This document shows positions 21,124 to 32,387 of a stretch of 39,708 nucleotides of DNA, in pieces. Each line of letters begins with the position of its first letter. Position 1 is the first letter of the stretch. The stretch is from Macrostomum lignano (lineage: Eukaryota), in contig NIVC01001807.1 in assembly GCA_002269645.1 (NCBI GenBank), forward strand, positions 1-39,708, written 5' to 3'. Under the pieces are notes generated by a model, which saw only the letters and a program-made list of their open reading frames with translations, had not been told where the DNA came from and did no database searches. The position numbers were made by a program, and so were the translations under genes.

Positions 21124-24100
21124 TTAGGCCGAGTTGCTCCTAGTCTTTGAGTACAAAAAGTCCTGAGGAGTTGGCTGCGAGTCCAGCACCTCGTCAATGG
21201 CATAAATCCAGCGCCTGCAGGCGTCCTGCGTCTCGGCCGAGAACACGTAGTCTCGGTCCGGCGTGCGCAGCGTGAAGATGTGGCCAACCGGCTTCTTCTT
21301 GAAGTTGGCCGGCGCCCCGGACTCCACGGAGAATCCGGGCCGCTCGCCCAGCCAGATTTCGCCTTTAGCCAGCGGCTCCATAAAGTTGGTGAAGTAGAAG
21401 ATCGACCGGCGCAGCAGGAAGCACCAGCGCCGTTTCCAGGCCTCCGTCTGGTTCGGCCCGGTCTTGCACAGCCAGTCGCAGATGATGAAGTCGTAGGTGA
21501 GAGTCAGCTGGCGCAGCTCGTCAGCTGACAGCAGCGACATCTGATAGCGATAGTACTTGCAGCCGCGGACCGCGTTGTACCAGTTGATGATCTCCTGGTC
21601 CTCGTCGTGGTACACATAGAGACTGCGGGTCCTGCTGCCCTGGGGGAACATGATCTGCATGAGGTTGGGGTGCCCGTCCACTGCGGAGCCCAGCATGGTC
21701 ACGTTCACCTGGAAGGTTATGGGAGTTCATTGGGGGCGATTCTTCTAGGCTGCTGATTATGAAAGCTTATTGGGGCGATTCTTCTAGGCTGCTGGTTATG
21801 AAAGCTCATTGGGGGCGATTCTTCTAGGCTGCTGATTATGAAAGCTTATTGGGGCGATTCTTCTAGGCTGCTGGTTATGAAAGCTCATTGGGGGGGGGGC
21901 GATTCTTCTAGGCTGCTGGTTATGAAAGCTCATTGGGGGCGATTCTTCTAGGCTGCTGGTTATGAAAGCTTATTGGGGCGATTCTTCTAGGCTGCTGGTT
22001 ATGAAAGCTCATTGGGGGGGGGGCGATTCTTCTAGGCTGCTGGTTATGAAAGCTCATTGGGGGGGGGGCGATTCTTCTAGGCTGCTGGTTATGAAAGCTC
22101 ATTGGGGGGGGGGGCGATTCTTCTAGGCTGCTGGTTATGAAAGCTCATTGGGGGCGATTCTTCTAGGCTGCTGGTTATGAAAGCTCATTGGGGGGGCGAT
22201 TCTTCTAGGCTGCTGGTTATGAAAGCTCATTGGGGGCGATTCTTCTAGGCTGCTGGTTATGAAAGCTCATTGGGGGGGGGGGGCGATTCTTCTAGGCTGC
22301 TGGTTATGAAAGTTTATTGGGGCGATTCTTCTAGGCTGCTGGTTATGAAATCTCATTGGGGGGGGGCGATTCTTCTAGGCTGCTGGTTATGAAAGCTCAT
22401 TGGGGGCGATTCTTCTAGGCTGCTGGTTATGAAAGCTCATTGGGGGGGGGGCGATTCTTCTAGGCTGCTGGTTATGAAAGCTCATTGGGGGGGGGCGATT
22501 CTTCTAGGCTGCTGGTTATGAAAGCTCATTGGGGGGGGGGGCGATTCTTCTAGGCTGCTGGTTATGAAAGCTCATTGGGGGGGGGGCGATTCTTCTAGGC
22601 TGCTGGTTATGAAAGCTCATTGGGGGCGATTCTTCTAGGCTGCTGGTTATGAAAGCTCATTGGGGGGGGGCGATTCTTCTAGGCTGCTGGTTATGAAAGC
22701 TCATTGGGGGCGATTCTTCTAGGCTGCTGGTTATGAAAGCTCATTGGGGGCGATTCTTCTAGGCTGCTGGTTATGAAAGCTCATTGGGGGCGATTCTTCT
22801 AGGCTGCTGGTTATGAAAGCTCATTGGGGGGGCGATTCTTCTAGGCTGCTGGTTATGAAAGCTCATTGGGGGGCGATTCTTCTAGGCTGCTGGTTATGAA
22901 AGCTCATTGGGGGGGCGATTCTTCTAGGCTGCTGGTTATGAAAGCTCATTGGGGGGGGGCGATTCTTCTAGGCTGCTGGTTATGAAAGCTCATTGGGGGG
23001 GGCGATTCTTCTAGGCTGCTGGTTATGAAAGCTCATTGGGGGGGGGCGATTCTTCTAGGCTGCTGGTTATGAAAGCTCATTGGGGGGGGGCGATTCTTCT
23101 AGGCTGCTGGTTATGAAAGCTCATTGGGGGGGGCGATTCTTCTAGGCTGTTGGTTATGAAAGTTTATTGGGGCGATTCTTCTAGGCTGCTGGTTATGAAA
23201 TCTCATTGGGGGGGGGCGATTCTTCTAGGCTGCTGGTTATGAAAGCTCATTGGGGGCGATTCTTCTAGGCTGCTGGTTATGAAAGCTCATTGGGGGGGGG
23301 CGATTCTTCTAGGCTGCTGGTTATGAAAGCTCATTGGGGGGGGGCGATTCTTCTAGGCTGCTGGTTATGAAAGCTCATTGGGGGGGGGCGATTCTTCTAG
23401 GCTGCTGGTTATGAAAGCTCATTGGGGGCGATTCTTCTAGGCTGCTGGTTATGAAAGCTCATTGGGGGGGGGGCGATTCTTCTAGGCTGCTGGTTATGAA
23501 AGTTTATTGGGGCGATTCTTCTAGGCTGCTGGTTATGAAAGCTCATTGGGGGGGGGGGCGATTCTTCTAGGCTGCTGGTTATGAAAGCTCATTGGGGGGG
23601 GGGGGCGATTCTTCTAGGCTGCTGGTTATGAAAGCTCATTGGGGGGGCGATTCTTCTAGGCTGCTGGTTATGAAAGCTCATTGGGGGGGCGATTCTTCTA
23701 GGCTGCTGGTTATGAAAGCTCATTGGGGGCGATTCTTCTAGGCTGCTGGTTATGAAAGCTCATTGGGGGGGGGCGATTCTTCTAGGCTGCTGGTTATGAA
23801 AGCTCATTGGGGGGGGGGCGATTCTTCTAGGCTGCTGGTTATGAAAGCTCATTGGGGGGGCGATTCTTCTAGGCTGCTGGTTATGAAAGCTCATTGGGGG
23901 GGCGATTCTTCTAGGCTGCTGGTTATGAAAGCTCATTGGGGGGGCGATTCTTCTAGGCTGCTGGTTATGAAAGCTCATTGGGGGGGGGGGGCGATTCTTC
24001 TAGGCTGCTGGTTATGAAAGCTCATTGGGGGGGGGCGATTCTTCTAGGCTGCTGGTTATGAAAGCTCATTGGGGGGGGGGGCGATTCTTCTAGGCTGCTG

Positions 24101-27062
24101 GTTATGAAAGCTCATTGGGGGGGGGCGATTCTTCTAGGCTGCTGGTTATGAAAGTTTATTGGGGCGATTCTTCTAGGCTGCTGGTTATGAAAGTTTATTG
24201 GGGCGATTCTTCTAGGCTGCTGGTTATGAAAGCTCATTGGGGGGGGGCGATTCTTCTAGGCTGCTGGTTATGAAAGCTCATTGGGGCGATTCTTCTAGGC
24301 TGCTGGTTATGAAAGCTCACTGAATACGGAATTTATTACCAGACCTTATCTCACAAAAGGATACTGACATGAGCGGCAAGAAGACACGGCATGAGAAGCC
24401 GCTCACCTGATCAATGGGAATCGTGTTCTTCGCCTCCCGCTGTCCGTCCTTAACGAAATACCGCAGATAATTATTCTTTTCTGACAGCTCAAAATGCCTA
24501 GGCAGGTACTTGTCAGAGTCCTTCAGCCGCTTCATCAGGGCGCCCTCCTTTGAGAACCCGCCGCCGCAGAGTCTGTGGTAGGCCACCTGGAATGCAAATT
24601 GGTTTATTTAAATCCTTTGATTTTCTGAGCACAACCTGCAGAATTTAGAAAAAATCCATATACTCGATAAGCAGGATTAAAAAATCCCAATCGGTAATCA
24701 TGAAAATCCCAATCGGTAATAATGACAATCCCAATCGGTAATAATGACAATCCCTATCGGTAATCATGAAAATCCCAATCGGTAATAATGACAATCCCAA
24801 TCGGTAATAATGACAATCCCTATCGGTAATAATGACAATCCTAATCGGTAATAATGAAAATCCCAATCGGTAATAATGACAATCCCAATCGGGAATCATG
24901 AAAATTCCTATCGGGAATCATGAAAATCCCAATCGGTAATAATGAAAATCCCAATCGGTAATAATGACAATCCCTATCGGTAATAATGAAAATCCCAATC
25001 GGTAATAATGACAATCCCAATCGGGAATCATGAAAATTCCTATCGGGAATCATGAAAATCCCAATCGGTAATAATGAAAATCCCAATCGGTAATAATGAC
25101 AATCCCTATCGGTAATAATGAAAATCCCAATCGGTAATAATGACAATCCCTATCGGGAATCATGAAAATCCCAATCGGTAATAATGAAAATCCCAATCGG
25201 TAATAATGACAATCCCTATCGGTAATAATGAAAATCCCAATCGGTAATAATGACAATCCCTATCGGTAATAATGAAAATCCCAATCGGTAATAATGACAA
25301 TCCCAATCGGGAATCATGAAAATTCCTATCGGGAATCATGAAAATCCCAATCGGTAATAATGAAAATCCCAATCGGTAATAATGACAATCCCTATCGGTA
25401 ATAATGAAAATCCCAATCGGTAATAATGACAATCCCAATCGGTAATCATGACAATCCCAATCGGTAATAATGACAATCCCAATCGGTAATAATGACAATC
25501 CCAATCGGTAATAATGACAATCCCAATCGGTAATCATGACAATCCCAATCGGTAATCATGACAATCCCAATCGGTAATAATGACAATCCCAATCGGTAAT
25601 AATGACAATCCCAATCGGGAATCATGAAAATTCCTATCGGGAATCATGAAAATCCCAATCGGTAATAATGAAAATCCCAATCGGTAATCATCCCGCGGTC
25701 CACCTGCATCAGCAGCGCGGCTCACCTGCATGGCGGGGTCCGTGAACTCCTTCCGCTTGTACTTGGCCAGCACGAACTGCTGCCGGATGACGTCGGCGTC
25801 GGCGTGAGGCAGCGGCCGCCGGTAGAAGGCGGGCAGGTTGCGCTCCAGCTGCTGCGCCACCGCGAGGTTGCCCTGGACGGGGAAGTAGGGGATCGGGATG
25901 GTCTGTCTAGGAGCGATTTTCAGGACGATTAAAGGGTGATACTTTAGGAGATTCGAGATTTCCTGAGACAGATTACAGTGATTGTCGAGGTGATTTAAGG
26001 GCGATTCTTGAGGTGATGAGGGGCGGTTCTGGAGATGATGAGGGGCGATTCTGGAGGTGATGAGGGGCGGTTCTGGAGATGATGAGGGGCGATTCTGGAG
26101 GTGATGAGGGGCGATTCTGGAGGTGATGAGGGGCGGTTCTGGAGGTGATGAGGGGCGGTTCTGGAGATGATGAGGGGCGATTCTGGAGGTGATGAGGGGC
26201 GGTTCTGGAGATGATGAGGGGCGATTCTGGAGGTGATGAGGGGCGATTCTGGAGGTGATGAGGGGCGGTTCTGGAGGTGATGAGGGGCGATTCTGGAGGT
26301 GATGAGGGGCGATTCTGGAGGTGATGAGGGGCGGTTCTGGAGGTGATGAGGGGCGGTTCTGGAGGTGATGAGGGGCGGTTCTGGAGGTGATGAGGGGCGA
26401 TTCTGGAGGTGATGAGGGGCGATTCTGGAGGTGATGAGGGGCGGTTCTGGAGGTGATGAGGGGCGATTCTGGAGGTGATGAGGGGCGATTCTGGAGGTGA
26501 TGAGGGGCGATTCTGGAGGTGATGAGGGGCGATTCTGGAGGTGATGAGGGGCGATTCTTGAGGTGCTGAGGGGCGATTATTAAGGTGATGAGGGGCGATT
26601 CTGGAGGTGATGAGGGGCGATTCTGGAGGTGATTAGGGGCGATTCTGGAGGTGATGAGGGGCGATTCTGGAGGTGATTAGGGGCGATTCTTAAGGTGACT
26701 AAGGATCAAATTTAAAGGTAAATAAGAGATAAATTTGTGGGCAATTAACAAGATAATTATATTGTTAAAAATAGGACACATCCTACAGCTAAAAGTCTGA
26801 AGAGGCCTCTAATTAATACAAAAGCTCATCAGTGAATAACCTGCATAGCGGCCACCTCAGCCTCCTGCCAGCGGTCCCGCTCAATCGACTTGGTGCGCAG
26901 GCCGGCCTTCCGGTAGGCGATGGCGCAGGCGTTGCAGGCGAAGGTGCCGCCAGTGTCCAAGCTGGCCACGGTGGTGCCCGAGGCCAGGCACTCGGCGCAG
27001 CGGCTGTTCTCTGGGCGCTCGGCCAACGAGCGGATGGCCGAGATCGGACCGGCTGTGGCCAT
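21124..27062 (-). CDS. ADAP1: ADAP/centaurin-alpha-like ArfGAP with dual PH domains, 377 aa; exons 27062-26841, 25872-25726, 24586-24407, 21708-21124
   Basis: Four phase-0 GT-AG exons (74+49+60+194 aa). ArfGAP-like CAEC...CNAC-x4-R; GN...PAFYRRP...FVLAKYKRKEF; PH1 KEGALMKRLKD...RHFEL; PH2 KTGPNQTEAWKRRW...AKGEIWLG...FTLRTPDRDYVFSAET. ADAP1 vs ADAP2 is unresolved. Confidence 0.92.
21714..24320. repeat. ~40-47-bp minisatellite (~60 copies) with variable poly-G, filling ADAP intron 3
   Basis: Unit (g)4-12 cgattcttctaggctgctggttatgaaagctcatt. Confidence 0.97.
24683..25690. repeat. ~20-bp minisatellite (aatcccaatcggtaataatg(ac/aa)) with ~110-bp higher-order period, in ADAP intron 2
   Basis: Monomer variants (ccaa/ccta, ggta/ggga, aat/cat) recur in a fixed order; repeat-derived ORF starts at 25146 and 25256 are 110 bp apart. 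Confidence 0.92.
25990..26700. repeat. 22-bp minisatellite (ggaggtgatgaggggcgattct) x~30 in ADAP intron 1
   Basis: Direct reading. Confidence 0.95.
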
Positions 27063-27282
27063 TTGCTGCGTGCTGTTCCAGTAAATATTTAGAATTCCGA
27101 AGCGTCGCGCAACCTGATGCGTATGCGGCTACTTAAAGTAGAAATATTCGATTCTAGGCATTAAATTGGAGAGTGCAAGAGAAAATATAATCAAAATGCA
27201 AGGCAGAGATCGGTACCGTAAAACTGAATTACTCGCTTTTTTATTACTGCAACAAAGAATGGGGAGCTGAGCCTATCAAACA

Positions 27283-27890
27283 AAGTTCTGGGAGGCTGGC
27301 CAAGCCACTGACACTCTGGGAGGCTGGCCCAGAAACTGAGGATCTGGGAGGCTGGCCCAGAAACTGAGGATCTGGGAGGCTGGCACAGCAACTGAGGATC
27401 TGGGAGGCTGGCCCAGCTACTGAGGATCTGGGAGGCTGGCACAGCAACTGAGGATCTGGGAGGCTGGCCCAGCTACTGAGGATCTGGGAGGCTGGCCCAG
27501 CAACTGACACTCTGGGAGGCTGGCCCAGCAACTGGGGATCTGGGAGGCTGGCCCAGCAACTGACACTCTGGGAGGCTGGCCCACCAACTGAGGATCTGGG
27601 AGGCTGGCCCACCAACTGAGGATCTGGGAGGCTGGCCCAGCAACTGGGGATCTGAGAGGCTGGCCCAGCAACTGACACTCTGGGAGGCTGGCCCAGCAAC
27701 TGGGGATCTGGGAGGCTGGCCCAGCAACTGGGGATCTGGGAGGCTGGCCCAGCAACTGACACTCTGGGAGGCTGGCCCAGCAACTGGGGATCTGAGAGGC
27801 TGGCCCAGCAACTGACACTCTGGAAGGCTGGCCCACTAACTGAGGATCTGGGAGGCTGGCCCAGCAACTGGGGATCTGGGAGGCTGGCCG
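27283..27890. repeat. 28-bp minisatellite (gggaggctggcccagcaactgaggatct / ...gacactct) x~21 upstream of ADAP
   Basis: Direct reading; same family as 35686-36175. Confidence 0.95.
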
Positions 27891-28609
27891 GCAACTGTGA
27901 GGATGGTGTAACCATAAAAGATCAAGTTAAGCTACTTAAAATCTCAAATATTTGAATTTGATAGAGTGATTAACACAGAAAGAAGCAGGTTGGAGTGTCT
28001 GGGCGCATATCACAGCAAAGCTGCTGCCCAATGCAGTTATTATATTACGAGTACATTCTCTGCATTCGCAAGTGCCAATCAGTAGCGCTAGGCAAAGAAG
28101 GCTGTTATCAGGAGAATCGAATGCTTAAAACCAGTAATAATAAAAAAGTAACAAGTTTTGCCGCCTGCAACAAGCTACTAATAGTAAAGCCGTGTGGAAT
28201 GTGCAAGAAAAGTTTGCGAACTGCAAATAGGAATGTGTCACAGCATCGATATAAACTGATATAGCATGCATAATAAATATATAATATAGACAGACTTGAA
28301 TGTTAGAAGACGCGCACAAGAATGCAGTATGCAATCATTAACAATTTATAAATCAGAAAGCAACTCATCAAGCAGCCAGCATAGAAACAGGCAGCTGGCT
28401 TATTAAGCGTAACAGTTAATAACAATTGCATTTTTTACGTAACACTTTGACGGCGTGATCAAGAAAGCAAAGTTTAAAAAGGGACGGATTAAACTTTAGC
28501 AACTAACAGATTTGAGGACGGATTAACAGAAAAGTACATCGCCTAATATCGCAATTGATAGTCTAAATGGCAGCGCTAGCGAAGTCTCTGGCGTGCAGAT
28601 GCATGGCTT

Positions 28610-28709
28610 GGCCATAGACAAAAACTAATCGTGTAAATTGGCCAGCCGAAATAGGAAAAGGACGCTCAATACGAGACTGGGAGCTGGTGCAGTTCTATAG
28701 TCTATGGCC
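28610..28709. mobile_element. Third CCATAGAC-ended inverted-repeat element (~100 bp)
   Basis: ggccatagac (28610-28619) and gtctatggcc (28700-28709); the interior is unrelated to the other copies. Confidence 0.5.
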
Positions 28710-28903
28710 AGACTGCGCCTGCTCTTGACTTCGCTTGCGCTGCTTTTATTGATCAACATATGGAGTCTCAAGGCGCGACACAAGCAGCAGCCTATTCAGT
28801 TAGCGTACTAACCGCGGCCGAGTCTGCTTAACTTGGTCACTCGGCTAGCCACCATTTGATTTCTAATTTTGATGGTCAAAGAGGATGCAACAGGCAAAAT
28901 AAT

Positions 28904-28909
28904 TTTATT
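28904..28909 (-). terminator. Candidate AATAAA for CEP131
   Basis: tttatt on + about 75 nt past the stop codon. Confidence 0.5.
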
Positions 28910-28981
28910 GCGGTACAATATCCAATCATGGGCGCTGTATATACACACGGATTGGTAGATTGTACGAGCTAGAAGTGCAAA

Positions 28982-31371
28982 TCACCGCTTGTCCTTCGCC
29001 CCGCCCGCCGGGTTCTTCGCCCCCAGCGACAACAGCTGCTGCCTCTGCTGCTCCAACAGCTGTTCCAGGTGCTCGGCCCGTTTCACCGCAGTCTGGTACT
29101 GTTGCCGCAGCTCGTTCACCACGTCCTCCTTCTTGCGGATGGCCTCCTTCACCCGGCGGTGAATCTCTTCCATCTCCTCTTCGGATGCGCGCTTGGCCTC
29201 CTGCGTCTCCGCCCGGGCCCGCTCCACGTCCTGGGCGCAGCGGGCGCGCGTCTCTGAGGCCTCCGCCTTCAGGCGCTTGTTTTCCTCTTCCACTGACACA
29301 AGCCGGTCCGCAAACTCCTGCCGGACAACCTCGGACACCTGTGGATGTGGGTTGGACGGGAGAATTTTTAGAGCGGTGAATAAAGAAAAATGAGCCCACA
29401 TATCCGTAGATAAACTAAAGCAACGATGGTAGTGGTCAAATTGATGTCAGGGCGGCAAAGATCAAATAGGACAGTGAGCGGCGAAGATCAAACAGGACAG
29501 TGAGCGGTGAAGATCAAACAGGACAGTGAGCGGTGAAGATCAAACAGGACAGTGAGCGGTGAAGATCAGATAGAACAGTGAGCGGCCAAGATCAAACAGG
29601 ACAGTGAGCGGTGAAGATCAAACAGGACAGTGAGCGCCGAAGATCAAACAGGACAGTGAGCGCCGAAGATCAAATAAGACAGTGAGCGGAGAAGATCAAA
29701 CAGGACAGTGAGCGGTGAAGATCAAACAGGACAGTGAGCGCCGAAGATCAAACAGGACAGTGAGCGCCGAAGATCAAATAAGACAGTGAGCGGAGAAGAT
29801 CAAACAGGACAGTGAGCGGTGAAGATCAAACAGGACAGTGAGCGCCGAAGATCAAACAGGACAGTGTGCGCCGAAGATCAAACAGGACAGTGAGCGGCGA
29901 AGATCAAAAGGAACAGTGAGCGGCGAAAATTAAAGAGGACAGTGAGCGGTGAAGATCAAAAGGACAGTGAGCGGTGAAGATCAAAAGGACAGTGAGCGGT
30001 GAAGATCAAACAGGACAGTGAGCGGTGAAGATCAAAAGGACAGTGAGCGGTGAAGATCAAAAGGACAGTGAGCGGTGAAGATCAAAAGGACAGGGAGCGG
30101 TGAAGATCAAAAGGACAGGGAGCGATTAGTCAAACAAGGCAAACCCGTTAGTCAAATTACGGAAATCAATGTCAAACCAGACCCAAGCCGGCCTCACCTG
30201 CTTCCTCTCCCGGTTCAGCTTGTCGTAGAGCGCCCGAATGTCGTCAATCTCGACCTCCTTCTGCTTCATGAGCACTTTAAGCCGCTCCAATTCGCCTTCA
30301 ACCTCCAAGTTTCTCGCCTTAATCTGATTGTACTTTTCTAGCGCCTGCCGCTCGGACCGTTCGAGTTCAGCCACCTCGCCGGCGAATTTCTCCTTGAGCC
30401 GGGCTACTCGAGACGCGGCCGAGCGCTCCGCCTCCTCCTTGGCCGAGCTGGTGTCCGCCTCCAGGCGCTGCAGCACCAGCTCGATCTCCTTGTCGCGCTC
30501 TCGTCTCAGCTGCTCCTTGAGCTCGCGCTCCCGCTGAACCAGGGTGCTCTCCTGCCGCTTGAGCAGGTTCTGCTCGAATGCCTGCTTCTCGGCGGCCAGG
30601 GCCTCGCGGAGGGCGCGCATCTCCTGCTCGTGACGCCGGTCCTGACAAATCGGCAATTTGGGATTTATAATTATAGCCAGTTAACTAAGAGACTAATGCT
30701 CAATTGGCCTACTGTGAGTAGCACTATTCAGTACGAACAGCAAGCGAAAGAAAAATAGAACAACAAAAGCTAAAGAGTTCCCGGGAACTACCAGGGCAGT
30801 CAGGTACCATAGAAGGGTGACATGGTCTCAAATAGGTAACCAACGTAATCTAAAAGGCTGTCTATTGTCCAAAACCACACCAGTGTACTCTGAAGACTAG
30901 AAGGGGTCACCAAGACCTCCCGAACCATGGACCCCACCTGCTCCTCTCTGGCCTGCGCGAACTCGCTCTTCATGGTGTCGGCTGAGCGGCTGTGCGTATC
31001 GGCCAGCTCTGCCCGCAGCCGGTCCAGCTCCTGCCGCTGCCTGGCCGCCGTGTCAGCCAGCCGGTCCTTCTCCTCCTGCACCTCAGCGTACATCCGCTTC
31101 CGCTGCGCCTCCAGCGCCTGCGTCTCAGCCTCCAGCTGCGATTCGTAGCGCTGCCTGGCCGCCTCGCGCTCCCTGGCGCAGGCCGCGTCTTTCTCCTGGG
31201 CCAGCTGGTCCCGCAGCTCCTCCGTTAGTCGGACGTATCTGCAGTGTGCGAGGCCGGAATTTTATTCGAAATATCGGCAACTCGAACTTCTTAGCTTTTT
31301 GTTTGTCTTGTTGCTTTGCTATGTCGGCGCCCTCGGGATTGGAGGCTCTCCCTCTCTCCTTCTTCTCTATT

Positions 31372-31424
<53 letters not shown>

Positions 31425-31435
31425 CCTCTCTTCTC

Positions 31436-31500
<65 letters not shown>

Positions 31501-31507
31501 TCTTCTC

Positions 31508-31558
<51 letters not shown>

Positions 31559-32354
31559 TCTCTCTCTCACTCAGGCAATCTCTCTCTCACTCAGGCAATC
31601 TCTCTCTCTCAGGCAATCTCTCTCTCACTCAGGCAATCTCTCTCTCTCAGGCAATCTCTCTCTCACTCAGGCAATCTCCCTCTCACTCAGGCAATCTCTC
31701 TCTCACTCAGGCAATCTCCCTCTCACTCAGGCAATCTCTCTCTCACTCAGGCAATCTCCCTCTCACTCAGGCAATCTCTCTCTCTCTCAGGCAATCTCTC
31801 TCTCACTCAGGCAATCTCTCTCTCTCTCTCAGGCAATCTCTCTCTCACTCAGGCAATCTCTCTCTCTCTCTCAGGCAATCTCTCTCTCACTCAGGCAATC
31901 TCTCTCTCTCTCTCAGGCAATCTCTCTCTCACTCAGGCTATCTCCCTCTCATTCCCAGTCAAACAGCTTGCCTCTGGCCCGCCCGCTCATCAGCAGCCAG
32001 CAGGTCGGCCTCGTGCTGCGCCCGCAGCCGTTGAATCTCCTGCTTGTGCCGGGCCACCATGGCCTGAATCTCCGGCTCGAGGCCTTTGACTGTCAGCTCC
32101 TTGATCTTCTTAGTCTTCTCGGCCTCCCATTTCTCTCGGCGGAGTTTCTCGGCGGCGGCGTGCAGCTCCTTGACGCGGGTGAGCTCGGCGGCGTGCCGGT
32201 CTTCAGCGTGTCGGAGCTTGTCGTCTGCCTGCTTGCGGAGCGTCTTCAGCTCCTGCAGCATGGACTCGCACTTCTCTTGCAGAACCTGGTTGGGGTAGGT
32301 GGTGGAAACTGTCTGGGTAACTGTACCATCGAGACTCACTCAGCCAGATTGGGA

Positions 32355-32387
<33 letters not shown>

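Noticed and set aside
21920-27915. Repetitive peptide ORFs (MSFHNQQPRR, DRDCHYYRLG, GPASQ/WASLP)
   Set aside because: Translations of intronic or upstream minisatellites, not exons; the gene model splices in frame without them.
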